Assembly: GCF_902652985.1 (NCBI RefSeq)
Contig: NC_047021.1
Span: 35,960,001 to 36,024,000 of the forward strand
Origin: Pecten maximus
Taxonomy: Eukaryota
Reading direction: 5' to 3'
DNA length: 64,000 nucleotides
This document shows, piece by piece, positions 52,948 through 63,236 of this stretch. Numbering within the stretch: position 1 is the stretch's first letter; every line of letters begins with the position of its first letter. Made by a program: the position numbers and the translations under genes. Below the pieces are notes generated by a model. The model was given only the letters and a program-made list of their open reading frames with translations, did no database searches and was not told the origin of the DNA.

Positions 52948-53122
52948 TACCGGCCCCTTAATCGAGGCTTCAACCGAGATTATCAATTCGCAAAAACGGC
53001 CTAATAACCATCAAACACATCAATTAAATCATTATGCTTAATCACAAAATAATTACAATTACAAAAGTACATCTGATATTCTAGTTCGAATTGTCCTTTC
53101 ACTCAAGCGTTCACCGTATCCA

Positions 53123-56100
53123 TTACTCAATGTCTGACTCGAGCAAGAGCACGAGTTTGGTCACTGGACGCGTTAACACATTGGAAGGGGTCTTAACCTT
53201 CACGAATCGCACAATGTCATGTTTGTCTTTCACAACTTCCTGAATCCTACCGGTTATCCACGCATACCTAGGTGTACTATCAGCGATCAGCACAAGATCT
53301 CCAGTCTGCATATTACGTCGTTTCTTCATCCATTTCTGGCGTCCTTGCAAAAGCGGTAAGTATTCCTTGGTCCACCTATTCCAGAAAATATCTGAAAGGT
53401 ACTGTATCTGTCTCCACCTTCTTCTGGCATAGTTATCCGTGGCGACGAATGTTCCAGGTGGGAAATACTCTCCAGGCTGAAGCAATAGCAGATGGTTTGG
53501 GGTCAAAACCCGTAGGTCAGTTACGTTATCCGATGCTTCAGTTAACGGGCGTCCATTTAAGATAGCCTCTACCTCACAAAAGAGTGTCTGAAGTCCTTCG
53601 TCATCCAGTTTCGCATTCTGCTCATGCATAACAGAGTACAACACCTGTCTCACAGACCTAATGAGTCTTTCCCAGACTCCGCCGAAGTGAGAACCGGAGG
53701 GAGGATTGAATTCCCACTGAATGCTACTCTGCAACATGTTATCACGAATTTTGTCTGTGTTCCATTTCTGAATATTTTCCTTCATTTCTCGTTGAGCACC
53801 GACAAGGTTGGTTCCGTTATCCGATCTAATAAATACAGGTTTTCCTCTGCGAGCGATAAATCGTCGAATGGAGTTGATGCAAGAATCTGTATCGAGCGAC
53901 GCAGCAACTTCTAAATGGACCGCACGAGTCACAAGACAGGTAAACAATACCCCATATCGCTTTACCACACTCCTTCCGCGTTTCAGTTCAAAGGGTCCGA
54001 AGAAGTCCATCCCAGTTCTGCTGAAAGGAGGCTGATCAGCTGCGAGTCGCTCTGCGGGTAAGTTTGCCATCTTTTGCTCAACGCATGGAGCTCTGTATTT
54101 CCTACAAGTCACACATTTGGAAAGAATAGATTTCACCAGAGTGCGAGCACCAACAATCCAATATTTTTCTCGAATGAATGCAAGAACAGTGTTCTTTCCT
54201 AAGTGACCACATGATCTGTGGGCATCATCCACAACGAGTCTCGATACGACAGATTCCCTAGGCAACACCACGGGGTGTTTTGCATCATACGAAATTTCAG
54301 CTCTTTCAAGACGACCTCCTACGCGAATGACACCATCTTTAACAAAGGGGTCCATCTTGAATAATTTCGAAGACTTCTTGAGTTTTCGCGACTGAACACC
54401 ATTGTCCTGGTGAAGGATCTTGCTTTCGGCTGCGAAGTACTTTCGTTGCTCATACTTAATCAACGCGGCTTCAGCTCGTTCCAGAATATCCACAGACAGA
54501 CACGCTGTACGAAGGTTTTTCTGTCCTTTGAGAAGTCTATCCTGTCTCTCTTTCGACAATGCTAACTTTATTTTCTGGTCGCGTTTCACAGGATCAGATT
54601 CTGAACTGCTGATGTCCTGTTTTATCTGCCGGCTCCTCTCAACAGCTCCCTGCAGGTTGTCCATAGCTCTCATAAGCCATCCAGTAGCTCTCCTAAGCTT
54701 ATTAAAGTTGGAGTAATAGTCGAAAAGATTTTCGACACCACTGTTTGTGTCTAAAACAACTGATGTAGCGCACGCAGTCGTCCTTATTTCAGGATCATTC
54801 TCTTTATCCGTGATCTTAACATCCTTTTCCACAACGGGCCATTCACGTTCGGATTTCCAGAGGAACATTGGTCCACGAGTCCACGAGTCAGGCAACTTCG
54901 AAATGCTCGTTCCTCTTGATGCAACATCAGCTGGATTCTCCTTAGTGTTGATGTAATACCAGTCATCTTCCGACGTAGCTTCGTGGATAAGAGCAATGCG
55001 GTTAGCTACGAACGTGTGGAAGCGTAAATTCTTGTTTGCGATATACCTTAAGACTGAAGTGCTGTCAGTCCAAAAGAAGAATCGATCTATGTTGTAATTC
55101 AGCTGTTCTGTCACCATCCTGCCCAACTTCACTAGAGAAGAGGCAGCTGTAAGTTCCATCCGGGGTATAGTCACTGCCTTCAGTGGTGCGACTCTCGCCT
55201 TCCCGAACAAGAACGAGCAGTGGATCTTTCCGGTGACATCAACGAGTCGAAGATAGAATACCATTCCATATCCAATGTCACTTGCATCTGCGAAACCATG
55301 AAGTTGACAGGAGGTTACCTTGCCGAGGTTTTTCCCTTTGTAACACCGATCAATGGTAACATGCTCTAGTTCAGGTAGCTGAAGCAGCCAATCGGTCCAG
55401 TCCTTCAGATCTTTTCCTGTGATCTCCTCATCCCATCCCTTACCATCCCTACAAAGTCTTTGCAGAATTGACTTGGCCTTAAGAACAAACGGGGATGCAA
55501 TTCCTAAAGGATCGTACACTGAGCTGGTTACTGATAGAATACCTCTTCTAGTAACGGGCTTGTCTTTCATCTGAATTTGGAATCCAAGGGAGTCATTCTC
55601 CATGAACCAATAAACTCCGAGAGCTCTTTCGATAGGTGGCTTACTATCCAGACTCCACAACTTGACGTCTAGGGCACGATCACCCTCTGGAATAGATTCC
55701 ACAACCTCATCACTGTTACTCGTCCATTTGGTAAGTCGGAATCCTCCGGATTTACACATTTGAGTCACATCATGTATAAGACTAATCGCCTTCTTCTCTG
55801 TAGCAACGGAGGTCAGACAGTCATCGACATACATATTTCTTTTCAGTGCGTCCTGAACTTCTTGGGGAAACCGTTCTTGACTGTCCTTTGCAGTTTTCTG
55901 AAGAGCAAAGTTGCAAACACTGGGAGATGATGAGGCTCCAAACAGGTGAACCGTCATCCTGTAGCTCCTTGGCTCATTCGCAGTATTCCCGTTGGGCCAC
56001 CAGTAAAATCGCAGATAGTCTCTTTCATTTACTGGGACCTTCACCTGATAGAACATCGCTTCAATGTCTCCAATGACAGCCACTGGTTCCTCCCGGAATC

Positions 56101-59065
56101 GCATCAACACACCAAGAAGATTGTTTGTAAGGTCAGGTCCCTGGAGTAAGTTGTCGTTAAGGGAGACACCTTGATATCGAGCAGAGCAATCAAACACCAC
56201 TCGAATCTTGTTCTTTTTCTTGTGGTATACACCATGATGAGGAATGTACCAGACCTTTCCTTTGTCAAATCCCACAGGTGCTGGTTCCGCATGACCTTTT
56301 ACCAACAGTTTTTCCATGAAGGCAGTGTAATCTTCTTTGAACTTGGGATCTGCCTTGAACCTGTTCTCAATGCTGCGTAATCTCCGTTTAGCCATTACCG
56401 AGTTATCAGGCAAAATAGTGACCTTGTTACGAAAAGGCAACGAAACGCAGTAATGTTCTCCATTCTTATAAATAGAGTTTTCAGCCATATCCAAAAATTG
56501 TTTGTCCTCCCTCGAGTCTTCTTTTCTATCGTCAATAAGACGCTCAGGGAAATCGAGGTTCATAGATCTCTTAACCATGTCTTCGATGTCTTCTCCTGAA
56601 TCCTGAATGTGAACTCTGTTGACTTGTATAGTACCGCTTTCTCGAAGAACATTCCAGACCACCCATCCAAGCTTAGTTCTTGTAGCATGTGGTGATCCAC
56701 TAGGGCCTGCAAGTATCTCAATAGGCGAGTAGGCATCTGGTACGTTGCTGCCAATCATCAAACCTATCTCACAGTTAGGCTCAGCTAGTGAAACCTTTGC
56801 TAAGTGTTCCCACCTTGACACCTCTGCTTGTGTTGGGATGTGCTTCTTAGACACGGGCATTTTCTCCTTCGTGAACACTCGCGGAAGATCAATAGCATTT
56901 TCCGAGTCAATGTCACTTACTTGCAGTCCACTGATGGAAAATGTGTTCATGATAAATGGCTCACCCATTGTACTCAGTGTAAGCTGTGTCTTCTTACCTC
57001 TAGCTCCAAGCTGTTTCATAACTGTCTCGGTGCAAAACGAAGCGCTACTACCTGTATCCAAGAATGCGTATGTCTCTATACTATGAGGTTTATCACGCAA
57101 GCGAATTCTAACTGGGACTATCGCCATGGCACAAGACACATCCCCCTTTTGATCTTCTTTTGCGATAGCATAACCAGTACTGGCATTCGATACACTAACA
57201 ACTGACGAGCTTTCTTCGTTGTGTAAGATAGATGGATGACTTTTTTTGCATATGCCGCACTTGGAACGATTACGGCATCTCTTCGACATGTGGCCTTTCT
57301 TGAGACAGCCAAAGCATAATCCCTTTTCTTTAATGAAGTTGACTCTTTCGTTCATAGGTTTGGTAGTTATCTTTTTGCAAGTATCCAGAGAATGGGAAGT
57401 AGAGTCACAGAAGAAACACTTATAATTCGGGGCTGGAGGAGGTACGGTGTCACTGGTGCTCTTAGGTATAGAATCTGTAACAATCTCTGGAACTGCATTG
57501 CTGGAACGTGCAATCTTTTGCGGAGTCTTTGGTCTTGAAGTCCCAGTGGCAATACTTCCATACGTAGGGTCGTTGATTTTCTTAGCCTCTGTCTTCACAA
57601 ACTTCACTAAGTCCTTGAACCGAACCTTCCTCTTTGCTTCCTTGTACTTATATACTTGGTTCCTCCATTTATCATGCAGATAGAAGGGTAGTTTGAGCAT
57701 TAATTTCTTAATATTGTCCGAGTAGTCAAGAACGCCATTTGATTCTGTGCCAACTGCATTATCACACTCTACAAGAAACAAAGAGAAGTCATCGAGTGCC
57801 TTCGGGTCTCCAGGACGAATGGTGGGCCAGTCTAATGCTTTCTTGATGAAAGCTGTCGCTATAACTTCCTCATCGCCATAGCGATCCTCCAGCTGACTCA
57901 TGGCTGCCTTATAAGCCTTGTCGCCGTTAAGATGGCTGAATCCTGACACCACTTTATGTGCATCTCCGAATGTAAGTTGTTCAAGGTAGTTCATCCTTTC
58001 ATCGTCATCATCAGTGTTGATTACAACTTTCGCGTGAAATTGACGAATAAATCTGCGATATTCTAGAGGATCTCCACTAAACTTCTTTACCTCTGCCACA
58101 GGTTTTCTTAAATGTTGAACTACCGACTGAACTACGGTTTGTGAATGGGACGAATCAACATATTGTTCAGGTAGTGTTCTCGATGACACTTCTGCTACAC
58201 CAGTCATATGCGGTCTAGGTCTATCATATAGGATTGGAGGGGGACTTGCACAAACACTCTCATCTGTAAATCGTACAGGCAATGGTCGCGGCTTAGGGGA
58301 GGTAAATCGCGGTTGCTCGAACGCAAGAGCCTGGTCAACTGAAGCATTAAGATTTTCATTTGAGTCGTACTTGTCGAGTACTCCGCTTCTCGCTTGAGCG
58401 ACAGCTATACCGGTATCAAGTTCCAGCTCTTCCTCTTTGAGCTTTAGCGACAACTTAGCTAACTCAATTTCATGTTTCTTTGATAACGCTAGTTTCCTTG
58501 TCTCTAATTCTACCCTAACCTGTTCTTCTTTGATACGTTTCAGAGACGCGTATGAACTGGCAGTACTGGAAACGGATACATTATCATCGGCTTCTGGATC
58601 AGTTTTCTTTATAATGCCTTGGTCTATTTTCTCGCCAGCCACACTCAACTCTTCGGCTACAGATAAAGTGTTCTTACTCAATGTCATAGCACTCCGCGAA
58701 GAAATGTAGTTCTCAATCCAACTTTTGAATTGTTTCGCAGAACCATAATTCTCATTGAACCTTTGAGCAAACTCATCATGCTCATGGGAAGAGACTTGGG
58801 GCAGCAAAATGTCATACAGTTCCAAATATTTTTCGAACTCACTCATCCACATACTGTATTTTTTACGCACAATATCCAAAGGTTCGTCATCTTCAGTGGC
58901 TATTTCTTTTAAATATCTTTCTGACCTACATAGAGACTTGTATTTTTTGTCAAGCTGTTCCATATTGTACTGCATGCCTTTCTCACTAAATTTTCTGGCC
59001 CGTCCAGAATCTGAATTTAAGTCATACATGTAACCTTCTACAGCTTCTCTGTCTCTAGTAGCCAT
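53123..59065 (-). CDS. BEL/Pao gag-pol polyprotein (gag, zinc knuckles, aspartic protease, RT, RNase H, integrase), ~1980 aa
   Basis: Uninterrupted ORF; first ATG at 59065 (MATRD). Knuckles CFFCDSTSHSLDTC / CFGCLKKGHMSKRC / CGICKKSHPSILH; protease AFLDTGS; RT YVDD; RNase H HGFADAS; integrase HRSCGH..CVTC, GMDFFGP, RSDNGTN, GVWERLI. The PR-RT-RH-IN order is as in BEL/Pao. Confidence 0.96.
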   Translation of the reverse strand: MATRDREAVEGYMYDLNSDSGRARKFSEKGMQYNMEQLDKKYKSLCRSERYLKEIATEDDEPLDIVRKKYSMWMSEFEKYLELYDILLPQVSSHEHDEFAQRFNENYGSAKQFKSWIENYISSRSAMTLSKNTLSVAEELSVAGEKIDQGIIKKTDPEADDNVSVSSTASSYASLKRIKEEQVRVELETRKLALSKKHEIELAKLSLKLKEEELELDTGIAVAQARSGVLDKYDSNENLNASVDQALAFEQPRFTSPKPRPLPVRFTDESVCASPPPILYDRPRPHMTGVAEVSSRTLPEQYVDSSHSQTVVQSVVQHLRKPVAEVKKFSGDPLEYRRFIRQFHAKVVINTDDDDERMNYLEQLTFGDAHKVVSGFSHLNGDKAYKAAMSQLEDRYGDEEVIATAFIKKALDWPTIRPGDPKALDDFSLFLVECDNAVGTESNGVLDYSDNIKKLMLKLPFYLHDKWRNQVYKYKEAKRKVRFKDLVKFVKTEAKKINDPTYGSIATGTSRPKTPQKIARSSNAVPEIVTDSIPKSTSDTVPPPAPNYKCFFCDSTSHSLDTCKKITTKPMNERVNFIKEKGLCFGCLKKGHMSKRCRNRSKCGICKKSHPSILHNEESSSVVSVSNASTGYAIAKEDQKGDVSCAMAIVPVRIRLRDKPHSIETYAFLDTGSSASFCTETVMKQLGARGKKTQLTLSTMGEPFIMNTFSISGLQVSDIDSENAIDLPRVFTKEKMPVSKKHIPTQAEVSRWEHLAKVSLAEPNCEIGLMIGSNVPDAYSPIEILAGPSGSPHATRTKLGWVVWNVLRESGTIQVNRVHIQDSGEDIEDMVKRSMNLDFPERLIDDRKEDSREDKQFLDMAENSIYKNGEHYCVSLPFRNKVTILPDNSVMAKRRLRSIENRFKADPKFKEDYTAFMEKLLVKGHAEPAPVGFDKGKVWYIPHHGVYHKKKNKIRVVFDCSARYQGVSLNDNLLQGPDLTNNLLGVLMRFREEPVAVIGDIEAMFYQVKVPVNERDYLRFYWWPNGNTANEPRSYRMTVHLFGASSSPSVCNFALQKTAKDSQERFPQEVQDALKRNMYVDDCLTSVATEKKAISLIHDVTQMCKSGGFRLTKWTSNSDEVVESIPEGDRALDVKLWSLDSKPPIERALGVYWFMENDSLGFQIQMKDKPVTRRGILSVTSSVYDPLGIASPFVLKAKSILQRLCRDGKGWDEEITGKDLKDWTDWLLQLPELEHVTIDRCYKGKNLGKVTSCQLHGFADASDIGYGMVFYLRLVDVTGKIHCSFLFGKARVAPLKAVTIPRMELTAASSLVKLGRMVTEQLNYNIDRFFFWTDSTSVLRYIANKNLRFHTFVANRIALIHEATSEDDWYYINTKENPADVASRGTSISKLPDSWTRGPMFLWKSEREWPVVEKDVKITDKENDPEIRTTACATSVVLDTNSGVENLFDYYSNFNKLRRATGWLMRAMDNLQGAVERSRQIKQDISSSESDPVKRDQKIKLALSKERQDRLLKGQKNLRTACLSVDILERAEAALIKYEQRKYFAAESKILHQDNGVQSRKLKKSSKLFKMDPFVKDGVIRVGGRLERAEISYDAKHPVVLPRESVVSRLVVDDAHRSCGHLGKNTVLAFIREKYWIVGARTLVKSILSKCVTCRKYRAPCVEQKMANLPAERLAADQPPFSRTGMDFFGPFELKRGRSVVKRYGVLFTCLVTRAVHLEVAASLDTDSCINSIRRFIARRGKPVFIRSDNGTNLVGAQREMKENIQKWNTDKIRDNMLQSSIQWEFNPPSGSHFGGVWERLIRSVRQVLYSVMHEQNAKLDDEGLQTLFCEVEAILNGRPLTEASDNVTDLRVLTPNHLLLLQPGEYFPPGTFVATDNYARRRWRQIQYLSDIFWNRWTKEYLPLLQGRQKWMKKRRNMQTGDLVLIADSTPRYAWITGRIQEVVKDKHDIVRFVKVKTPSNVLTRPVTKLVLLLESDIE

Positions 59066-59137
59066 CTTGTTCCAGATCTGTATCACTTAAAAGCTTGAAG
59101 ATCATACCTCTTACATCTGGGATGATACGTCAATGAA

Positions 59138-59978
59138 TGTAGGCGTCGAATACGCCTCGAAATCGTTCTGGCTATCGTAATAATGAATGAGGTCAATTCC
59201 ATCTTCCTGGCTTCATCTGTGTTTATTATCTTTGACATCAACTACATACAAGTATAGTACAGGTGTATTGACTCAGTGATAGTTCTACGTAGATAGATTG
59301 ACTGTAACGAAAAGAAACAGTACTTATTAGACTAATTAACTAAGTAACAATTACAATTATGCCTTATCATCTATAACACATGACGAGTTTGATCTGTAGA
59401 TGAGATCGAGACAACTCGCCCTCTACTATTCAGTATACAATACACATGACTTGACAAGACTAGGACGTTTCGGCCCAGAATGAATTTAACCGAACCTGAT
59501 AAATATAGCAAAATACAATACTATTACGATACTATTACTCTTACACATTTATAGCGAGTTAAACAGCAATGAAACAGCAATGTATCAATCATATCATAGC
59601 ATACAAATACAGCAGAAATCAAGTGATAGACTAGAATCCACGAGGGACTTGTCGTCTGTCCACGGTTCACTGACATATTTATATATTGGCCGAATTATCC
59701 AAAATGACATTATAACATGATGACATGGATTCCTAAACAAGCATAAATCATATTCAAATCATTCAACAGTAATTAGTTACCGTATCGTATCCTACGATAG
59801 TCCGAACGAATCTTCTCATACTCAAAACATGTGCTGCGCTTGGATAACGCTATCCCATAATATTCGTCTATACTAAAACCGGAAACCGGATAACCGTATT
59901 TTCCGGAATCTTAACAAAATTACCACAAACGAAACTAAACAATAAATTCAACATAAAACTAACATTTAGGCCGTAACA
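59138..59978 (-). repeat. 5' LTR of the BEL/Pao element (841 bp)
   Basis: Direct repeat of 52107-52947; no differences seen by eye. Confidence 0.95.
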
Positions 59979-60838
59979 AATATATCTAAAATATATTTTA
60001 TGAATATTTTACGATCATGTGTAAAATATATCAGGGGATATGCATTTACCGCATATATCCGTTTTATATTAAATATTTTTTTAAAAAGAATATAACGTAA
60101 GTGATAATGTTCTGAAATGATGCCAATACTCTAAGAAATGTTAATGGGACACGAGGTTTGTGGTACAAAGCTAGTAGTTACGAAGTGCAAACCAGAAAGT
60201 GACGTATGCATGTGGACTATAAGGAGCTGGTTTGGATGTTAATTTCATACCGTATTTTGTATGCCGATAGACTTAGATTCCTGGGTTTATTTGCATGGTA
60301 CTGTAAGACTTGTTAAATTATATATTGTATAGCACGTAAAAGGATTGAACAGACAAATAAATTTTGTAATAAAAACTAGGAGCTAAATGCCTATACATGA
60401 ATACCTATGATGAACATGAGAAACCCAAACAATCTCCAAGGAAAGGATGGGTTGAGAGGTGCCATAGGCCATTTATTAAATAATGCAAGGTAGACACATG
60501 CATGAGAAGTGGGGAAGTGAAAGTGTTTTGAAAGAAATTTAGGTCAGAACTCTTGGCACGTCTTTCGGACTATCCATTAACTATTTGCATGATGCTAAAA
60601 TATCCTAATAAGACAAAATATAATACATTGAAAGTTAAGCATGATGCATGGGTAATTTGATAATTATTACATTCAAAAAGATAGTATTATGACATTTGAC
60701 TGGTTGTTATATGTCCCATGTGGCGCCAATAAAGGCTATAAATCATAACTGATGTATGCAGAAATATGCGAATATTTTCATTTAATGATTTATGCTGTTT
60801 TCTTTAACATAAAATGTGTATTTAGGATTTGAGTATTA

Positions 60839-61017
60839 CAGTGAAACCTGTCTAATCCGACACCTGACTTTTCCGACACCCTGTCAAATCCGACACTGTA
60901 GCGTATTTCCGTGATGCCAAGCGTAGTCAACAACAAATACCTGACTTTTGCGTCACCCTGTCTTATCCGACCAAAAGTGTCACTCCCACATGGTGTCGGA
61001 TTATACAGGTTTCACTG
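60839..61017. mobile_element. Tc1/mariner (pogo/Tigger-like) MITE, 179 bp
   Basis: TA|cagtgaaacctgtctaatccgacacc ... ggtgtcggattatacaggtttcactg|TA, with internal tccgacac repeats. Confidence 0.88.
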
Positions 61018-61847
61018 TACTTGGATTTCTTGTTGGTCACTTTAATATTCGGACAACATTGTATTATTACTAAGAGGAAGATGACAAATCGGACAAATTA
61101 TATCATCGATGATTAAACCTAGAAGAAAAAGCTTATGTTTTTTTTAGATTTGAAATAAAAAAAAATCACCCCCTTCTATTCAAGAAAGCATTATTATGAA
61201 TCCCTATATTTTTAACTTAATCTTTCATTTTAGTTTTTTTTTTTTTAGTTATTGCATGAGTTTAAATTTACGTGTGTGTAACCAAGGAAGTCGTCATACA
61301 ATGAAGCATTCAAACTAGACGTCTATTATCAGTTAAGAAAACTGTAACACATTCCGGACTTATGTCTTATGATTAATGAAACTTCTTACCCAGACAATTG
61401 ATATCGACTCGTGATTATCATTAACCTACAGTATATCTATGTAAATCTGTGCCTTTAAGTCTATTCATCACATTTTCCTATCCTGCTTTGCCCGTGTTTG
61501 TGAAGTGAAGCTTAGTAATTTGATTAAATAATCAAATTAGTCAAATTTTACCATATTAAAAATTAGCTTTCAAATCCCAGCGTGTCTTTTTCTGTATATT
61601 TTGTGAATTCCCGATTTTGTACGATTTCCAAAGTTCTACACATAAACATGTATTTCATCTGAATTGCAGATGAAGATCTATACCACAATAACACTTGCCA
61701 GTCACATTAATGTCTTGAAAAGCGCAAGTGTTAACTCTGCTACTCAGTATTTAAAAAAAAATCTCAACATTGAAAAGAATGATCATTACAGATATTATAG
61801 ATAAGATATATACATTGTATTCCATAGAACTTTAATGATTATTTCAG

Positions 61848-62185
61848 ATACTGTCCAATCGGGCTATATGAGTCAGCCTGTGCAGGCCTACACAAACCAG
61901 GGGTTCACACACTCAGCAGGTACCGCCTACATTCCTCATCCCGTCTCTTACACGCCCAGTTCAGTTCACTCGTCATCATGTGACGTCAGCGGAGGAGGAG
62001 GATTAGGCGGAGGATTTTCTTCCTGTAACAGCGGTGGTGGAGGTGGATTCGGAGGTGATGGTGGTGGATTTGGGGGTGGTGGAGGCGATTGTGGAGGAGG
62101 CGGTGGTGGAAGCAGTGGCGGCTGTGGGGGAGGGGGTGGAGGAGGCGGAGGAGGAGGAGGAGGAGGAGGATGTGGAGGAGACTAG
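61848..62185 (+). CDS. Gene B exon 4: cytoplasmic tail ending in a Gly/Cys-rich low-complexity segment (total protein 246 aa)
   Basis: tttcag| acceptor in phase 1 within ORF 61835-62185; TVQSGYMSQPVQAYTNQGF...GGCGGD*. An undetected small exon between 49592 and 61848 cannot be excluded. Confidence 0.78.
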
Positions 62186-62947
62186 AGCACTGCAGAATGT
62201 TTCTTGTTGGATAAGAGCTTGCTCGTCAGTCGTGATATTTAGATTTTTTTTTATTTTTGACAATATAATGAACAGTGTATTGTTCGGAGTGTTATCAGAG
62301 AGTTATTTACGAATTCATATGCACGTACATGTACATGAACATTTTTGTATATAATTATGTAAAAAAAATTATGTGATTAAAATCAGTGTTGCATCTTAGA
62401 TATATTGTTCTGCACCTCAGAAAGAATCGAATTGGAACTTTTATACCTTTATGTATATAGCATAACTACTATTTACGCGTACGAAGCTGATAGTTTTTCT
62501 TTTGCGCAGCTTGTCCTAGGTTTAAGTTGAAGTGGATTAGAAATGCAGATACATTGTATATCATCACTCGAATGAGTAAGTCTGTTTATTGGTCAATTTA
62601 GCCTGACCAATGAGGTACGTCGTTACATTGCTGATGTGATATAGTCATGATTTTTATTAATATGTTATATTTGTTTTCAAAACTATGACTGAGATGTTGG
62701 TAATTTTGCCCGGTGTGATACGATTATGAGTGCAATAACTGATTTTATCTGTAAAGGTAGAGGACAACACAGGGGAGCAACTAGGGGTGTGATATGCTAG
62801 AAAACTACATAAAATTTTACCGCGGTTTGACTATAAATGTATATTAATGTCTTCTATTGGTTGTTAAGTACATGCTAATACATGTTCAAGGATTTCAAGT
62901 ACTGTTTAGATTATACGAATGCATCGGGACATTCATTCAGTACAACG

Positions 62948-63236
62948 CAGCCAGGTACCGACAAATGAAACAATTCCAGTCAGGTACCGTCAATTTAAAA
63001 GATTCCAGCCAGGTACCGACGAATTAAAAGATTCCAGCCAGGTACCGATACATTAAAAGATGCTAGTCAGGTACCGACAAATTAAAAGATGCTAGTCAGG
63101 TACCGACAAATTAAAAGATTCGAACCAGGTACCGACAAATTAAAAGATGCTAGTCAGGTACCGACAAATTAAAATATTCAAGCCAGATACCGACAAATTG
63201 AAAATTCCAGCTAGGTACCGACAAATGAAAAGATCC
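62948..63236. repeat. 29-bp minisatellite, 10 copies (cagYcaggtaccgacaaattaaaagatK)
   Basis: The aggtaccg core recurs at 62953, 62982, 63011, 63040, 63069, 63098, 63127, 63156, 63185 and 63213. Confidence 0.93.

Larger units (their letters stand above)
52107..59978 (-). mobile_element. Full-length BEL/Pao LTR retrotransposon in intron 3 of gene B
   Basis: Two 841-bp direct repeats with TG...CA ends. 5-bp TSD AATAT (52102-52106, 59979-59983). Single long gag-pol ORF. PPT-like attaaggggccggta abuts the 3' LTR on the - strand. Confidence 0.96.

Noticed and set aside
53272-59033. Many short ORFs on the + strand and in alternative frames over the BEL element
   Set aside because: They are antisense or shadow ORFs of gag-pol with no independent motifs.
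62003-62354. Ser/Thr-rich (-) and Glu/Val-rich (+) ORFs over gene B exon 4
   Set aside because: They are alternative frames of the GGN-rich tract; the splice phase supports the Gly-rich frame.
62948-63236. CRISPR-like regular repeats
   Set aside because: The units are head-to-tail with no unique spacers, there are no cas genes, and the context is eukaryotic.
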